NCBI RefSeq assembly: GCF_963921235.1
Contig: NC_086097.1
Span: 239,756,001-239,820,000 of the forward strand
Direction: 5' to 3'
DNA length: 64,000 nucleotides
Source: Mobula hypostoma
Lineage: Eukaryota
Of this stretch, positions 1 through 11,238 are shown in pieces. The notes under the pieces were generated by a model. It was not told the origin of the DNA, did not search any database, and worked only from the letters and a program-made list of their open reading frames with translations. Position numbers and translations under genes: made by a program. Each line of letters begins with the position of its first letter. Position 1 is the stretch's first letter.

Positions 1-180
1 AAATGATGATTCTCTTCCTCAGCACCTTGCACGCTATCATAAGGAGACAACATCAAACTGGAAGTTTCACTCTTACTGGCATCCATCCAAAATACTAAAA
101 GGAAATTGACAGATTCAGAGCAATGCATTCCTGAGCCCAGAAAATGTCTTTTCTATCTGTATCCATGACTCACAGATGTG

Positions 181-762
181 ACCTGGAGTACACCTGGAGT
201 ATTGTGTGCAGTTTTGGTCCCCTAATCTGAGGAAAGACATCTTTGCCATAGAGGGAGTACAAAGAAGGTTCACCAGATTGATTCTTGGGATGGCAGGTCT
301 TTCATATGAAGAAAGACTGGATGAACTGGGCTTGTACTCGTTGGAATTTAGAAGATTGAGGGGGGATCTGATTGAAACGTATAAGATCCTAAAGGGATTG
401 GACAGGCTAGATGCGGGAAGATTGTTCCCGATGTTGGGGAGGTCCAGAACGAGGGGTCACAGTTTGAGGATAGAGGGGAAGCCTTTTAGGACCGAGATTA
501 GGAAAAACTTCTTCACACAGAGAGTGGTGAATCTGTGGAATTCTCTGCCACAGCAAACTGTTGAGGCCAGTTCATTAGCTATGTTTAAAAGGAAGTTAGA
601 TATGGCCCTTGTGGCTACAGGGGTCAGGGGGTATGGAGGGAAGGCAGGGTTCTGAGTTGGATGATCAGCCATGATCATAATAAATGGCGGTGCAGGCTCG
701 AAGGGCCGAATGGCCTACTCCTGCACCTATTTTCTATGTTTCTATGTTTCTATGTTTCTATG
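181..762 (+). mobile_element. CR1 LINE family A, 5'-truncated 3' end (RT C-terminus, 3' UTR, (TTTCTATG)n tail)
   Basis: ORF 206-655 reads ...EGVQRRFTRLI...RGHSLRI...FFTQRVVNLWNSLP, typical of the CR1 ORF2 C-terminus; 8-bp tandem tail at 731-762; near-identical to copies at 29152, 36494 and 59255. Confidence 0.95.
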
Positions 763-819
763 TGAGAAACTTTAATGAATTCCTTTGCTGCTCGAGCTCA
801 ACGCACTTCTCGTGCTTCA

Positions 820-1515
820 AGTAACCAGGTGACCGCGCAAGCGTGTGAAGGTCGGCCTGTGAGAACAGCGGGAGAGATTAAAAAGGGAGCAGATAGAGAA
901 GGGGAAGGTAATTTCTTCGGCAGTTTGAACGGGGCATGACTGCGCAAGCGCATGAAGGCGGGCCTGTGAGAAAAGCGGGAGAGTTTAAAAAGCGAGCGGA
1001 TTAACGGAGTGGGTGAAGGAGTAATGGGAGACAGAGTAGGAAGGATTTGACTCGAGAGGCTTCAGCGAGCAGGGGCTGAGGACGTGCCTGCTCCCAGTGA
1101 GGTAAGGCTGGGTAAACTCCTTTAATTAATCTAATTAACTTAGAAGCAAGTAATGGAGGCTGCAGTTAGGGCAGTCGAGTGTTCCGTTTGCAGTATGTGG
1201 GAAGTCAGGACGAGTACAATTGTCCCTGATGACTACATCTGTAAAAGGTGCATCCAGCTGCAGCTCCTGACAAACCGAGTTAGGGAACTGGAGCTGGAGC
1301 TGGATGAACTTTGGATCTTTAGGGGAGGCAGAGGCAGAAATAAACAGTAGTTACAGGGAAATAGTCACCCCTAAGAGTCAGGAGACAGGTAGCTGGGTGA
1401 CTGTCAGGAGAGGGAAGGGGAATAGACAGAATGAGCAGAGCAGCCCTGTGGCAGTTTCCATCAATACAGTAATAAGTATATCATTTTGGGTACTGTTGAT
1501 GGGGACGACCTACTT
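820..1515 (+). mobile_element. CR1 5' UTR and ORF1 N-terminal fragment (zinc-finger-like CxxC...CxxC plus coiled coil)
   Basis: ORF 1153-1350 VECSVCSMWEV...YICKRCIQLQLLTNRVRELELELDEL; homologous to 17250-17620 (-) and 47150-47490 (+), which continue into the ORF1 esterase region; duplicated 5' UTR unit at ~830-890 and ~938-1000. Confidence 0.8.
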
Positions 1516-1582
1516 GAATCCATGGAAAAAATATCTAATTCCATCCTTCCTTCAACCGTATCAAGTTTTTCCAGTATATAGC

Positions 1583-1811
1583 TGAAGCACCTTCAATAAC
1601 TCCAAAAGACTGAGATTAGGTAAAATACCAAAAGGCTTTTATTCGCTGTACAATACGACCTCCACGGTGAGTGTCTGCCCCTGGACTGAGGGGAAGGGGC
1701 AAGGTGAACACCTTTATACATGGATCTGTGGGAGGAGCCACAGAGGCAGTCAGCAGAGGGGTGTGTCCAGACAGGTAACCGAGTTACAACATATATGCAT
1801 GGTTTACCACA
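1583..1811 (-). mobile_element. Solo LTR (~229 bp), probably Gypsy-type
   Basis: TG...CA termini; 5-bp TSD ATAGC at 1578-1582 and 1812-1816; TATAAA and AATAAA in the correct order on the minus strand. Confidence 0.8.
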
Positions 1812-2259
1812 ATAGCTTAGTTTAATTTGTATGTTGTTATTCAACTGTTACAGGTTGCACCCAATGCATTGCAATTTTGAGCAACTTTTGCAGGAAGGAT
1901 TAGCCCATTAGTAAAATTAAACTAAGTTTTGAAGGCATTATTAAACACAAGAATGGGACCAGTAAATTGCCTCAGAGCTTCATTAATTTTCCATCACAGG
2001 AAAAGCCCTCCCTTTCATTGAACTCATCTACAAGGAGCATTGCCACAAGAAAGCAGCGTCAATCTTAAAGAGCCACTGCCATCCCGGCCATTCTCACTTC
2101 ATGCTGTTGCCACCGGGAAGGAGGTACAGGAGCATTGGGCCCCACACCACCAAGTTCAGGAACAGTTTTTGCCCTTCAACCATTAGTCTCCAAACCCATC
2201 GTGGATAACTTCACTCACCTCAACACTGAACTGATTCCACAACCTATGGTGTCACTATC

Positions 2260-4759
2260 TTTCTTTCTTTTTAAATCTTTTTATTGAGTAAGTATACAAA
2301 AAAGGTAAGCCATATAAACATTAATACAATGTTAAAGTATAATAAAATTCCAAAAGATAACAATACCAAAAAGAAAATACTACAAACAATGTAATTTAAG
2401 CATAAGAAACCAAGATAACATAATAGTATACTAAATTTTATATATATCAATGGAAAAAAAAGAAAAAAAAACCCCAAAAAAAAACCCACCGTGCAGCTAA
2501 CTAAAAGCAAGGCAAAGCAATGGGCTAACTTGAAACCAAACAGAGTTAAACTTAAAATCACGTCCTCAATCCCGACCTCCATTAAAAACAGTGAAAAAAA
2601 AACAAGAAGGGTAAATATTACATTAAATGAAAATATCGAATAAAAGGTCCCCAAATCTGTTCAAATTTAAATGAAGAATCATAAAGGTTACTTCTAATTT
2701 TCTCCAAATTCAAACATAAAATCGTCTGAGAAAACCAAAAAAAGGTAGTTGGAGCATTAAGCTCTTTCCAATGTTGTAAAATACATCTTTTCGCCATTAA
2801 AGTAAGAAATGCAATCATTCTACGGGCTGAAGGGGAAAGATTACTAGAAATTTTAGGTAGTCCAAAGATAGCAGTAATAGGGTGAGGAGAGATATCTATA
2901 TTTAATACCTTAGAAATAATATTGAAAATATCTCTCCAAAAAGTTTCCAAAGTAGGGCAAGACCAAAACATATGAGTTAAAGAGGCTATCTGCCCCGAAC
3001 ATCTATCACAGAAAGGATTAATATGCGAGTAAAAACGCGCTAACTTATCTTTGGACATATGTGCTCTATGAACCACTTTAAATTGAATTAGGGAATGTTT
3101 AGCACAAATAGAGGAAGTATTAACTAATTGTAAAATCTGCCCCCAATCATCCACAGAAATGGTAAGCCCCAATTCCTGTTCCCAATCTACCCTAATCTTA
3201 TCAAATGGAGCTTTCCTAAGTTTCATAATAATATTATAAATCATAGCTGATGCACCTTTCTGACATGGATTAAGGTTAATTATCGAATCTAAAATATATA
3301 TAGGAGGAAGCATTGGAAAGGAAGAAAGTATAGTACTTAGGAAATTTCTAACTTGTAAATATCTAAAAAAATGTATTCTTGATAAGTTATATTTATTAGA
3401 AAATTGTTCAAAAGACATAAGGGAACCATCTAAAAATAAATCCAAAAACCGTAAAATACCCTTAGTCTTCCAAGTTTGAAAAGCGCGATCCGTAAAAAAG
3501 GGAGGAAAAAATATGTTACCTAAAATAGGAATCGCTAACCCGAATTGATTAAGATCAAAAAATTTTCTGAATTGAAACCAAATGCGCAAAGCATATTTAA
3601 CTATCGGGTTAGAGACCTGCTTAAGACGTTTCGAATCAAAAGGAAGAGAGGAACCTAAAATAGAACCAAGTGTATAACCCTGAACAGATTGTAATTCCAA
3701 TGCTACCCATTTAGGAATAGATAGTATGTCCTGGTCAAGTAACCAAAATTTCATATGTCGAATATTAATAGCCCAATAATAAAATCTAAAGTTAGGTAAT
3801 GCTAAACCTCCATCTCTCTTAGCTTTCTGTAAATGTATTTTACCCAGTCTCGGATTCTTATTCTGCCAAATAAATGAAGAAATTTTAGAGTCAACTTTAT
3901 CAAAAAAAGATTTAGGAACGAAAATTGGTAATGCCTGAAACACATATAAAAATTTTGGCAAAAAAAACATCTTAACTGCATTAATACGACCAATCAAAGT
4001 TAAATATAAGGGAAACCATTTAGATGAAAGTTGAGTAATATGGTCTATTAATGGTAAAAAGTTAGTCTTAAATAAATCTTTATGTTTACAAGTAATTTTA
4101 ATCCCAAGATATGAAAAGTAATTATTAATCAATTTAAATGGAAATTTATAATATAAGGGAAGATGTTTATTAATCGGAAAAAGTTCACTCTTACTAAGAT
4201 TTAATTTATAACCTGAGAAAAGACCAAATTGTGCTAATAACTCTAAAACAGCAGGAATGGATCTCTCAGGATTAGAAATATATAAAAGTAAATCATCAGC
4301 ATAGAGTGATAATTTATGGGCCTTTAATCCCCGAGTTATCCCAGTAATATTTGAAGATTCTCGAATAGCAATTGCAAGAGGTTCTAATGCAATATCAAAT
4401 AATAGGGGACTAAGAGGACAGCCTTGTCGAGTACCACGAAAGAGAGGAAAAAAAGGTGAGTTTAAAGAGTTAGTACGAACCGAGGCTACAGGGGAGTGAT
4501 ATAACAGTTTAATCCAGGATATAAATTTCAAGCTAAAATTAAACATTTCAAGCACCTTAAATAAATAAGGCCATTCTACTCTATCAAAAGCTTTCTCGGC
4601 ATCTAAAGAAATAACACACTCAGGAACATTTTGTGAGGGAGTATAAACGATATTTAACAATGTACGAATATTATAAAAAGAGTAACGACCTTTAATAAAA
4701 CCCGTTTGGTCTTCCGAAATAATAGAAGGAAGTACTTTTTCTAGTCTATTTGCTAATAA
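2260..4759 (-). mobile_element. L1-clade LINE, 5'-truncated, young
   Basis: Perfect 14-bp TSD ATGGTGTCACTATC at 2246-2259 and 4760-4773; AATAAA and A-rich tail at 2260-2285 on the minus strand; ORF2 with RT and C-terminal CCHC. Confidence 0.95.
2618..4759 (-). CDS. L1 ORF2 (RT and C-terminal CCHC zinc knuckle), lacking the endonuclease because of 5' truncation
   Basis: SLDAEKAFDRV, GTRQGCPLSP, LYADD, YLGI, CDRC...THMFWSC; the frame stays open upstream of 4660 (LLANRLEKVLPSIISEDQTGFIKGR) up to the TSD. Confidence 0.9.
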   Translation of the reverse strand, partial: LLANRLEKVLPSIISEDQTGFIKGRYSFYNIRTLLNIVYTPSQNVPECVISLDAEKAFDRVEWPYLFKVLEMFNFSLKFISWIKLLYHSPVASVRTNSLNSPFFPLFRGTRQGCPLSPLLFDIALEPLAIAIRESSNITGITRGLKAHKLSLYADDLLLYISNPERSIPAVLELLAQFGLFSGYKLNLSKSELFPINKHLPLYYKFPFKLINNYFSYLGIKITCKHKDLFKTNFLPLIDHITQLSSKWFPLYLTLIGRINAVKMFFLPKFLYVFQALPIFVPKSFFDKVDSKISSFIWQNKNPRLGKIHLQKAKRDGGLALPNFRFYYWAINIRHMKFWLLDQDILSIPKWVALELQSVQGYTLGSILGSSLPFDSKRLKQVSNPIVKYALRIWFQFRKFFDLNQFGLAIPILGNIFFPPFFTDRAFQTWKTKGILRFLDLFLDGSLMSFEQFSNKYNLSRIHFFRYLQVRNFLSTILSSFPMLPPIYILDSIINLNPCQKGASAMIYNIIMKLRKAPFDKIRVDWEQELGLTISVDDWGQILQLVNTSSICAKHSLIQFKVVHRAHMSKDKLARFYSHINPFCDRCSGQIASLTHMFWSCPTLETFWRDIFNIISKVLNIDISPHPITAIFGLPKISSNLSPSARRMIAFLTLMAKRCILQHWKELNAPTTFFWFSQTILCLNLEKIRSNLYDSSFKFEQIWGPFIRYFHLM

Positions 4760-5018
4760 ATGGTGTCACTATCAAGGATGCTGCAACTCATGTTCTCGGT
4801 ATTGCTTATTGTTATTATTTGCCTTTGTTTTGTATTTGCGAAGTTTGTCTCCTTTTGCACATTGTTTATGTGTCAGTCTTTGTGTGCAATTTTTCATTGA
4901 TTCTATGTATTGCTTTGGTGTACTTTGAATGCCTGCAATAAATGAATCTCAGGGAGGTATGTGGAGACATATACTGTACCTACTTTGATAAAATAAATTT
5001 ACTTTGAATTTTTAGCTC

Positions 5019-5030
5019 ATATATATGAGT

Positions 5031-5078
<48 letters not shown>
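5019..5078. repeat. (TA)n microsatellite
   Basis: Pure AT run 5039-5073 with degenerate flanks. Confidence 0.95.
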
Positions 5079-5079
<1 letters not shown>

Positions 5080-5080
<1 letters not shown>

Positions 5081-8000
5081 TCAATAGATGTATGTACACA
5101 GCTTACACCCTGAGTTAATCAGTGACAACCAGGAAAGACTGAGTGACAACCACGAAAAGAGTGGTGATGACTGGAGAGTCAGTGACAGCCCGGAGAGACG
5201 GCAACCAGGGCAGAACGGGCTGGCAACCCAATCTGTGTCCTCTGAGAGGAGGACCCCCACAAAAGCCACAAAGAATCTAAGGAAAAGATACCCCCAGGGG
5301 TGCCCGAGGGGGGGGGAGGGAGGATGAGCACCCCAGTCGGATGGACACAGCGACATCAGACCCAGGCAATGAACAAACGACAATGAGGAAGCAGTGTGCA
5401 TGTTGCAAAATCTGCAAGAACGATCGCGGCTTGAAGATCCACCAAGCGAGGATGAAGTGTTTGGCGGGAGCAGGAGCAGCACAATGTGTAGGTGTCCAAC
5501 CTGGTGAGACGAAGGAGGGATCAGGCCCGGAGTCACCCCATAGTGCCCAGAACCTCCAAGTGTTGCAAACTAATCCCTCTAACCTGAAGTCTAACAGGAG
5601 GCGGATCAAATGGCCTGCAGCTAACATGACTTCACTGTGGAAGCAGTTTGATGACAATGTTAACCAAATTCTGGAGGCAACGGCAAAGGGAGGGGTTGAT
5701 AGGAAGCTGCAAGCCATGACAACAATTATTGTTAGTATCACAGCTGAACGGTTCGGAGAAGAGGAGAAGGAAGGCTCCAAAACATCTTACTCGAAGAACC
5801 AAAGAGCATTGAGGATCCACAACATCAGGCAGGAGATGAAAGCGCTGAAGTCCCAATACAAGGAGGCAGGAGAAGAGGAGCGCATTGGCTTGGCCCAGCT
5901 GATGTGCATACTATGAAAGAAGATCAGGGTCCTCCGCCGGGCAGAGTGGCATCGGAGGCAGCGTCGTGAAAGGGCTCGAAAACGTGCTGCCTTTATCGCC
6001 AACACCTTCAAGTTCACCAAGGAGTTGCTGGGGGAGAAGCGCAGTGGGAAACTGGCCTGTTCACAGGAAGACATAGACCAACATCTGAAGAAGATATATA
6101 ATGATCCTGAAAGAGAGCAGGAGTTGGGAGAGTGTGACATCCTAATAGACCCACCTGAACCGGATGTGCAGTTCAACATGTCAGAGCTGCAACTAAAGGA
6201 AGTCAGAGAGGTCGTCCGCAAAGCAAGGGCAAGCTAGGCTCCAGGACCAAGCAACACCTCGTACAAAGTGTACAAGAACTGCCCCAAACTCCTGCGTCTG
6301 TGGAAGATCCTGAGAATCCTCTGGAGAAGGGGGAAGATCCCAGAACAGTGGAGAGTGGCTGAAGGGGTGTGGATCCCGAAGGAGGAAAATGCCACCCGGG
6401 TAGATCAGTTTCACATCATCTCCCTACTGTGTGTCGAGGCGAAGATCTTCTTCAGTGCAGTTTCCAACCGGTTGTGCACCTACCTAGCAAAGAACACCTA
6501 TATTGATACATCAGTCCAGAAGGGTGGCATTTCAGGGATGCCGGGCTGTCTGGAGCACATTGGTGTGGTGACACAGCTCATCAGGGAGGCCAGAGAGAAC
6601 AAGGGCAACCTGTCAGTGTGTGGCTCGACCTGGCAAATGCATATGGCTCCATTCCGCACAAGCTGGTGCAGCTCACACTGACCAAATATCACGTCCCCAG
6701 CAGAATCAGAGACCTTATTGCTGATTATTACAACAACTTCAGGATGAGGGTCTCTTCAGGAGTAATTACATCAGCCTGGCACAAGGTGGAGGTCGGCATC
6801 ATCACAGGGTGCACTATCTCAGTGACACTGTTCTCCCTAGCCATGAACATGCTCACTAAGAGTACAGAGGGCCCAGAATGAATTCCGCTCAACGGCAACC
6901 ACCTATCAGGGCATTCATGGATGACCTCACAGTCACCATAGAATCGGTCCCAGGCTGCCGGAGGATTCTGCAAGGGCTCGAAAAGCTGGTGGAGTGGGCC
7001 CGGATACGTTTCCAACCTGCCAAATCAAGATCAATAGTGTTGAGGAAAGGGAAGGTGGAGAACAAGTTCCAGTTCAGCATCGCAGGCACAGCCATCCCAA
7101 CCATAAAAGAAAAGCCAGTCAAGAGCTTAGGCAAAGTTTTTGACAGCTCTTTAAGGGACACAACATCCATTCAGGCAACCTGCACCAAGTTGGATGGCTG
7201 GCTGAAATCTGTGGACAAGTCTAGCCTACCTGGAAAGTTTAAAGCCTGGGTGTATCAGCATGGCATTCTTCCCAGAATCCTGTGGCCCCTCCTCGTCTAT
7301 GCAGCTCTGATCTCGACAGTTGAAACCTTAGAGAGGAGGGTTAGCAACCACCTCAGGAGATGGCTGGGGCTGCCAAAGAGCCTGAGCAGCATCGCACTCT
7401 ATGGACACCACAACAAACTGCAACTGCCCTTCAAATCCTTGGAGGAAGAATTCAAGGTAACAAGAGCCAGAGAAGTGCTACAGTATAGGGACTCAAGTGA
7501 CCCGAAGGTGGCTAGAGCAGGGATCCAAGTAAGTACTGGCAGGAAGTGGAGGGCAGAGGAAGTTGTTCAGGAGGCAGAGGCGAGGCTGCGTCACAGGAGG
7601 CTGGTGGGAGTGGTCACACAAGGCCGAGCTGGGCTAGGATCCTTTCCAGCTCCCCAAATGGACACCAGAGGGAACAAAAGGTGTCGTCTAGTTCAGGAGG
7701 AGGTGAGAGCAGTAGTGGAGGAGATGAGAGCCTGCAAGGCGGTGGGAATGAAGCAACAGGGAGCTTGGACAAGATGGGAGAATGCGGTTGAGAGGAAAGT
7801 GACCTGGGCTGATCTTTGGAAAGCCAACCACACCGCATCCAATTTCTCATCCAGGCAGTGTACGATGTGCTTCCAAGCCCATCAAACCTGCACACATGGG
7901 GCAAGGCAGAGTCATCTGTGTGCCCACTGTGCTCCAAGTGAGGAACCCTGGAGCACATCCTCAGTGGCTGCGCTAGGGCATTTGATGAGGGACGGTACCG

Positions 8001-8714
8001 ATGGAGGCATGATCAGGTCCTGAAGACCATCGCTGAAGCCGTCAGCACAGGAGTTGAGTGGGCGAAGCAGTCCCGACCCTCCAAGCCTTTGTCAGAGCTG
8101 GGGAGCAGCCAATACCTGCCAAAAGAACATCTGCAGGCATTCTGAGCTCTGCAAGGGACTGGCAGCTGTTGGTGGACCTCGAAGGGCAGCTGAAGTTCCC
8201 CAACCATATCGCAGCCACCACCCTGCGACCAGACATTGTCCCAGTATCTGAGTCTACTAAGCAAGTGGTGCTGCTGGAGCTGACAGTCCCATGGGAAGAT
8301 AGCTTGGAGGAGGCCTTTGAAAGGAAGCTCTCCAAGTACGCAGGACTGGTCAGCAACTGTCAGCAGGCTGGATGGAGAGCGAGGTGTCTCCCAGTGGAGT
8401 TTGATTGTAGGGGATTCATAGCCCGTTCCTTAGTTAGAGCCTTCAGCATTTTAGGCATCGAGGGAGAGAAGAAGAGGAGAGCCATCTGCAGTACCACCGA
8501 TGTGGCAGAGAGGGCCTCAAGATGGTTGTGGCTCAAAAGAGGGAGCCGTGGAGTCATAAGTAGCAAGCCATCTGGACACAAGCTGGGGTCTGATCAGCCC
8601 CGGCTGGATCACCTGGAGGAGGTTGTATGATGTTGAAAGACCTGAAACACCCGATAATTCCAGGAACATCACTGAAGATGTGTCCAGAAGCATCAGTAGA
8701 TGTGTGTACACAGC
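5080..8714 (+). mobile_element. HERO/NeSL-like (R2 group) non-LTR retrotransposon with restriction-like endonuclease, near full-length, disrupted
   Basis: N-terminal zinc finger CACCKICKNDRGLKIHQARMKC; RT motifs WLDLANAYGSIPH, GIITGCTIS, AFMDD; CCHC knuckle CPLCSK*GTLEHILSGC (~7921-7970); RLE motifs RPDIV...ELTVPWE...ERKLSKY; stops at 5914, 6235 and ~7939 plus frameshifts. Confidence 0.9.
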
Positions 8715-9305
8715 AGTAATCATGGTCTCAAAATTTAGAATGAGACTGTCAGTGCTCACCATCACAATGGTAGAAATTTTGGATTGGCCAATTAATCACA
8801 GAAATTCAGAAGTTATGGTCAGTGATATTTTGCTCCTTCAAAGAGTGCACTGTTGCCATGGCGATCAGAGCAGAAACAGTGAATTGATGAAAACAGTTTC
8901 TAAGGACTGACACTGGGAAAAAGGGAAGCATCACCATCGGTTTTCAGGGCAATTGTCTTCAAGAACAGCGATGCCTGGCAATACATTGCCTTTCAATTTT
9001 TAACCATTTCTCACCTTTGAATTTTCTAGCAATGGGTTACAGATGGTAATCTTCAGACATTGTAACACATTTTACGTCAGCCCTCACCACACTGAAAAAT
9101 CAACAATCAATTGTTCTAACTATTATATGAAGAAATTCGGCAACCGGTTGAATGATGGCAAGTTCCCCATTAAAAGTCATGAAGTAAAACAAGTAGTTTA
9201 TCTTCTTAAAGAAAGAATGCTGAATAGGTCAGGCAGTGTCTGTAGAGAGAAAAACAGTGTTGTTGCTACAGATTAATGATATTTATTCTTTTTATTTAGA
9301 TATGC

Positions 9306-10100
9306 TGTTGTGTGTTTAATATTTCAATAATTTTCAATATAGTTTAATAAGCATTCTTGCTCGTTTAAATGGGGTGTATGGGGTGTCAGGGAGGGGTAGC
9401 ACCTCTGGTGGGGGAACATGTCGCGTCCTTTTCAGGGCGGTTAGTCTACCTTTGGTCCCCACCTGGCACTCAGCTCTCACCTGTGGCTCCCCGTAGCTGT
9501 TTGCATACGACAGCGGCCACACCCCGGGCAACGGCTTCGACAAGCCGGCTAAACCAGGTGAGGGTAGCCGACGGGTCTCAAACCCTCGGTGTGATAGGGA
9601 GTTGTCTATCCCAGCATGTGAAGACAGACTCCGGCGGATTGAGCGGACGAGACCAATGGAAGCTCCAACGGTCAAGAAGGCGGTCTCTGCAAGCACTGTG
9701 GAACGCGCAGAGCACGACAAGACACAGAAGACGTCCTGATCATCCACTGCGCCTAGTCCCATCTCCAGCCGTCTAGACTCTGTCTTGCCACTGGATCCAG
9801 ATGGGAATTGGGAAGAGAGAGTGAGGCTGACGCTGCGCAACTCTCCCTCACTTAAATCCAAATCACGCGCTAGTCTCAACACCATCAATTGGTGTTGAGG
9901 TCTTCATCGACAACAATGAACAAACACGAACAAAATGATTCATTACAGGTTATATGTAAAAATGCGTTAATTCCCTTCATCACCATGCTGCCATGTGATA
10001 TGAGCGCATTTCGCTTAAAGATGAAGCCAGACCCATATTCCCGAGACTCCTATGTTTCCTTTCAAACTCGTTTAATGCTTTGAAGTCACAAAACATAATA
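9306..10100 (+). mobile_element. AT-rich solo-LTR-like repeat, interrupted by an RTE-derived element and itself inserted in a SINE
   Basis: Starts TGTTGTGTG and ends CAAAACATAATA; flanks TATGC/TATAC; homologous to 42727-42974. Confidence 0.55.
9370..9935 (+). mobile_element. Non-autonomous RTE-derived element (5' UTR fused to 3' tail)
   Basis: GC-rich body with CCCTCACTTAAATCCAAATCAC resembling RTE 5' UTR/RTE-SINE sequence; RTE-like 3' end GGTCTTCATCGACAACAATGAACAAAC; related to 35852-36326. Confidence 0.6.
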
Positions 10101-10335
10101 TATACACCACAGTAACGGGCTGCCTTCTGGCCCAACAAACCTGCACCGTCTAATTAAACGCATGCAACCAAGCATTCTGTTAACTCTTACATCTCTGGAC
10201 TTTGGGAGGAAACCGGAGCACCTGCAGGAAACCCATGTGGTCACGGGGAGAATGTACAAACTCCTGTGGCAGGATTGAACTCTGGTCTCTGGTACCGTAA
10301 TGGTGTTATGCTAACTGCTACACTCCTGTGGCCTC
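10101..10335 (-). mobile_element. HE1/V-SINE-like tRNA-derived SINE (tail displaced to ~9285-9305 by the nested insertion)
   Basis: Reverse complement of the V-domain, GGGAGGAAACCGGAGCACCTGCAGGAAACCCA. Confidence 0.75.
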
Positions 10336-10532
10336 CTTTCATTGGAAGTAGGGAAGTATGAAATCCTGCATAATTGAAGTAGCAGTGAGGGGGAATGGGG
10401 CCAAGGATGTCCAGGTGATGGGAGTGGCACAGTTGCCATGGAAATGGGAGCGAATCACACTTGGTAATTCTGATCAGAACAGAGGAGGGAGGGTAAATGA
10501 CAGGAGATGAACGAAGGCAGTAGGGAGAAAGT

Positions 10533-10820
10533 GGGGCAGCATGGTAGCATAGTGGTTAGCACAATGTTTTCCAGATCAGGTCACCCGGGTTCACTTCCCG
10601 CTGCTGCCTGGAAAGAGCTTACATGTTCTCCCTATGACTGCGTGGGTTTCCTCCGGGTGCTTCATATTTCTCCCACAGTCCAGAGACGTACCGGTTGGTA
10701 GGTTAATTGGCCATTGTAAATTGTCCCATGATTGGGCCAAGATTAAATCAGAGGATTGCTGGTTGTCATGGCTTGGAGGGCCGTAGGCGCTGCATCTCAA
10801 TAAATAAATAAATAAATAAA
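10533..10820 (+). mobile_element. HE1/V-SINE-like tRNA-derived SINE
   Basis: A/B-box-like head (TAGCATAGTGG, GGTTCACTTCC), V-domain TGCGTGGGTTTCCTCCGGGTGC, CR1-like tail and (TAAA)n. Confidence 0.85.
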
Positions 10821-11238
10821 TTATATTTTGGAACTTTGAGATGCAGAGCGCAGTCTTTGAAGGAAATAGGAAATAAAGGAGAAAGACTGAAACACCCATC
10901 TTCTCTTCTGCTCTCTTTTCTACATTCCAAATTGGTAGTCATGATAAGTGGTGACCTCCCAAGTCAAAAGTACAAAGTTCAAAGTAAATTTTATTATCAA
11001 AGTACATAGTGCCCAGAACCTCCAAGTGTTGCAAACGAATCCCTCTAACATGAAGTCTAACAGGATGCAGATCAAATGGCCTGCAGCTAACATGACTTCA
11101 CTATGGAAGCAGTTTGATGAAGATGTTAACGAGATTCTGGAGGCAACAGCGTAGGGAGGGGTTCATAGGAAGCTGCAAGCCATGACAACAATTATTGTCC
11201 CAGTGGAGGTTGGTTGTAGGGGATTTGCAGCCCATTCT

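Larger units (their letters stand above)
2020..5010 (+). mobile_element. Rex1/Babar-type LINE 3' end, split by the L1 insertion (pieces 2020-2259 and 4774-5010)
   Basis: Collinear with the uninterrupted relatives at 34670-35150 (+) and 14835-15290 (-); ends in AATAAATTTACTTTGAA. Confidence 0.7.

Noticed and set aside
457..678. Recurrent antisense ORF MIMADHPTQNP... (also at 30527, 36570 and 59325)
   Set aside because: Recurs only because the CR1-A copies are nearly identical; no independent evidence of coding
2271..2654. Hydrophobic 127-aa membrane-protein-like ORF
   Set aside because: Translation of the T-rich L1 3' UTR
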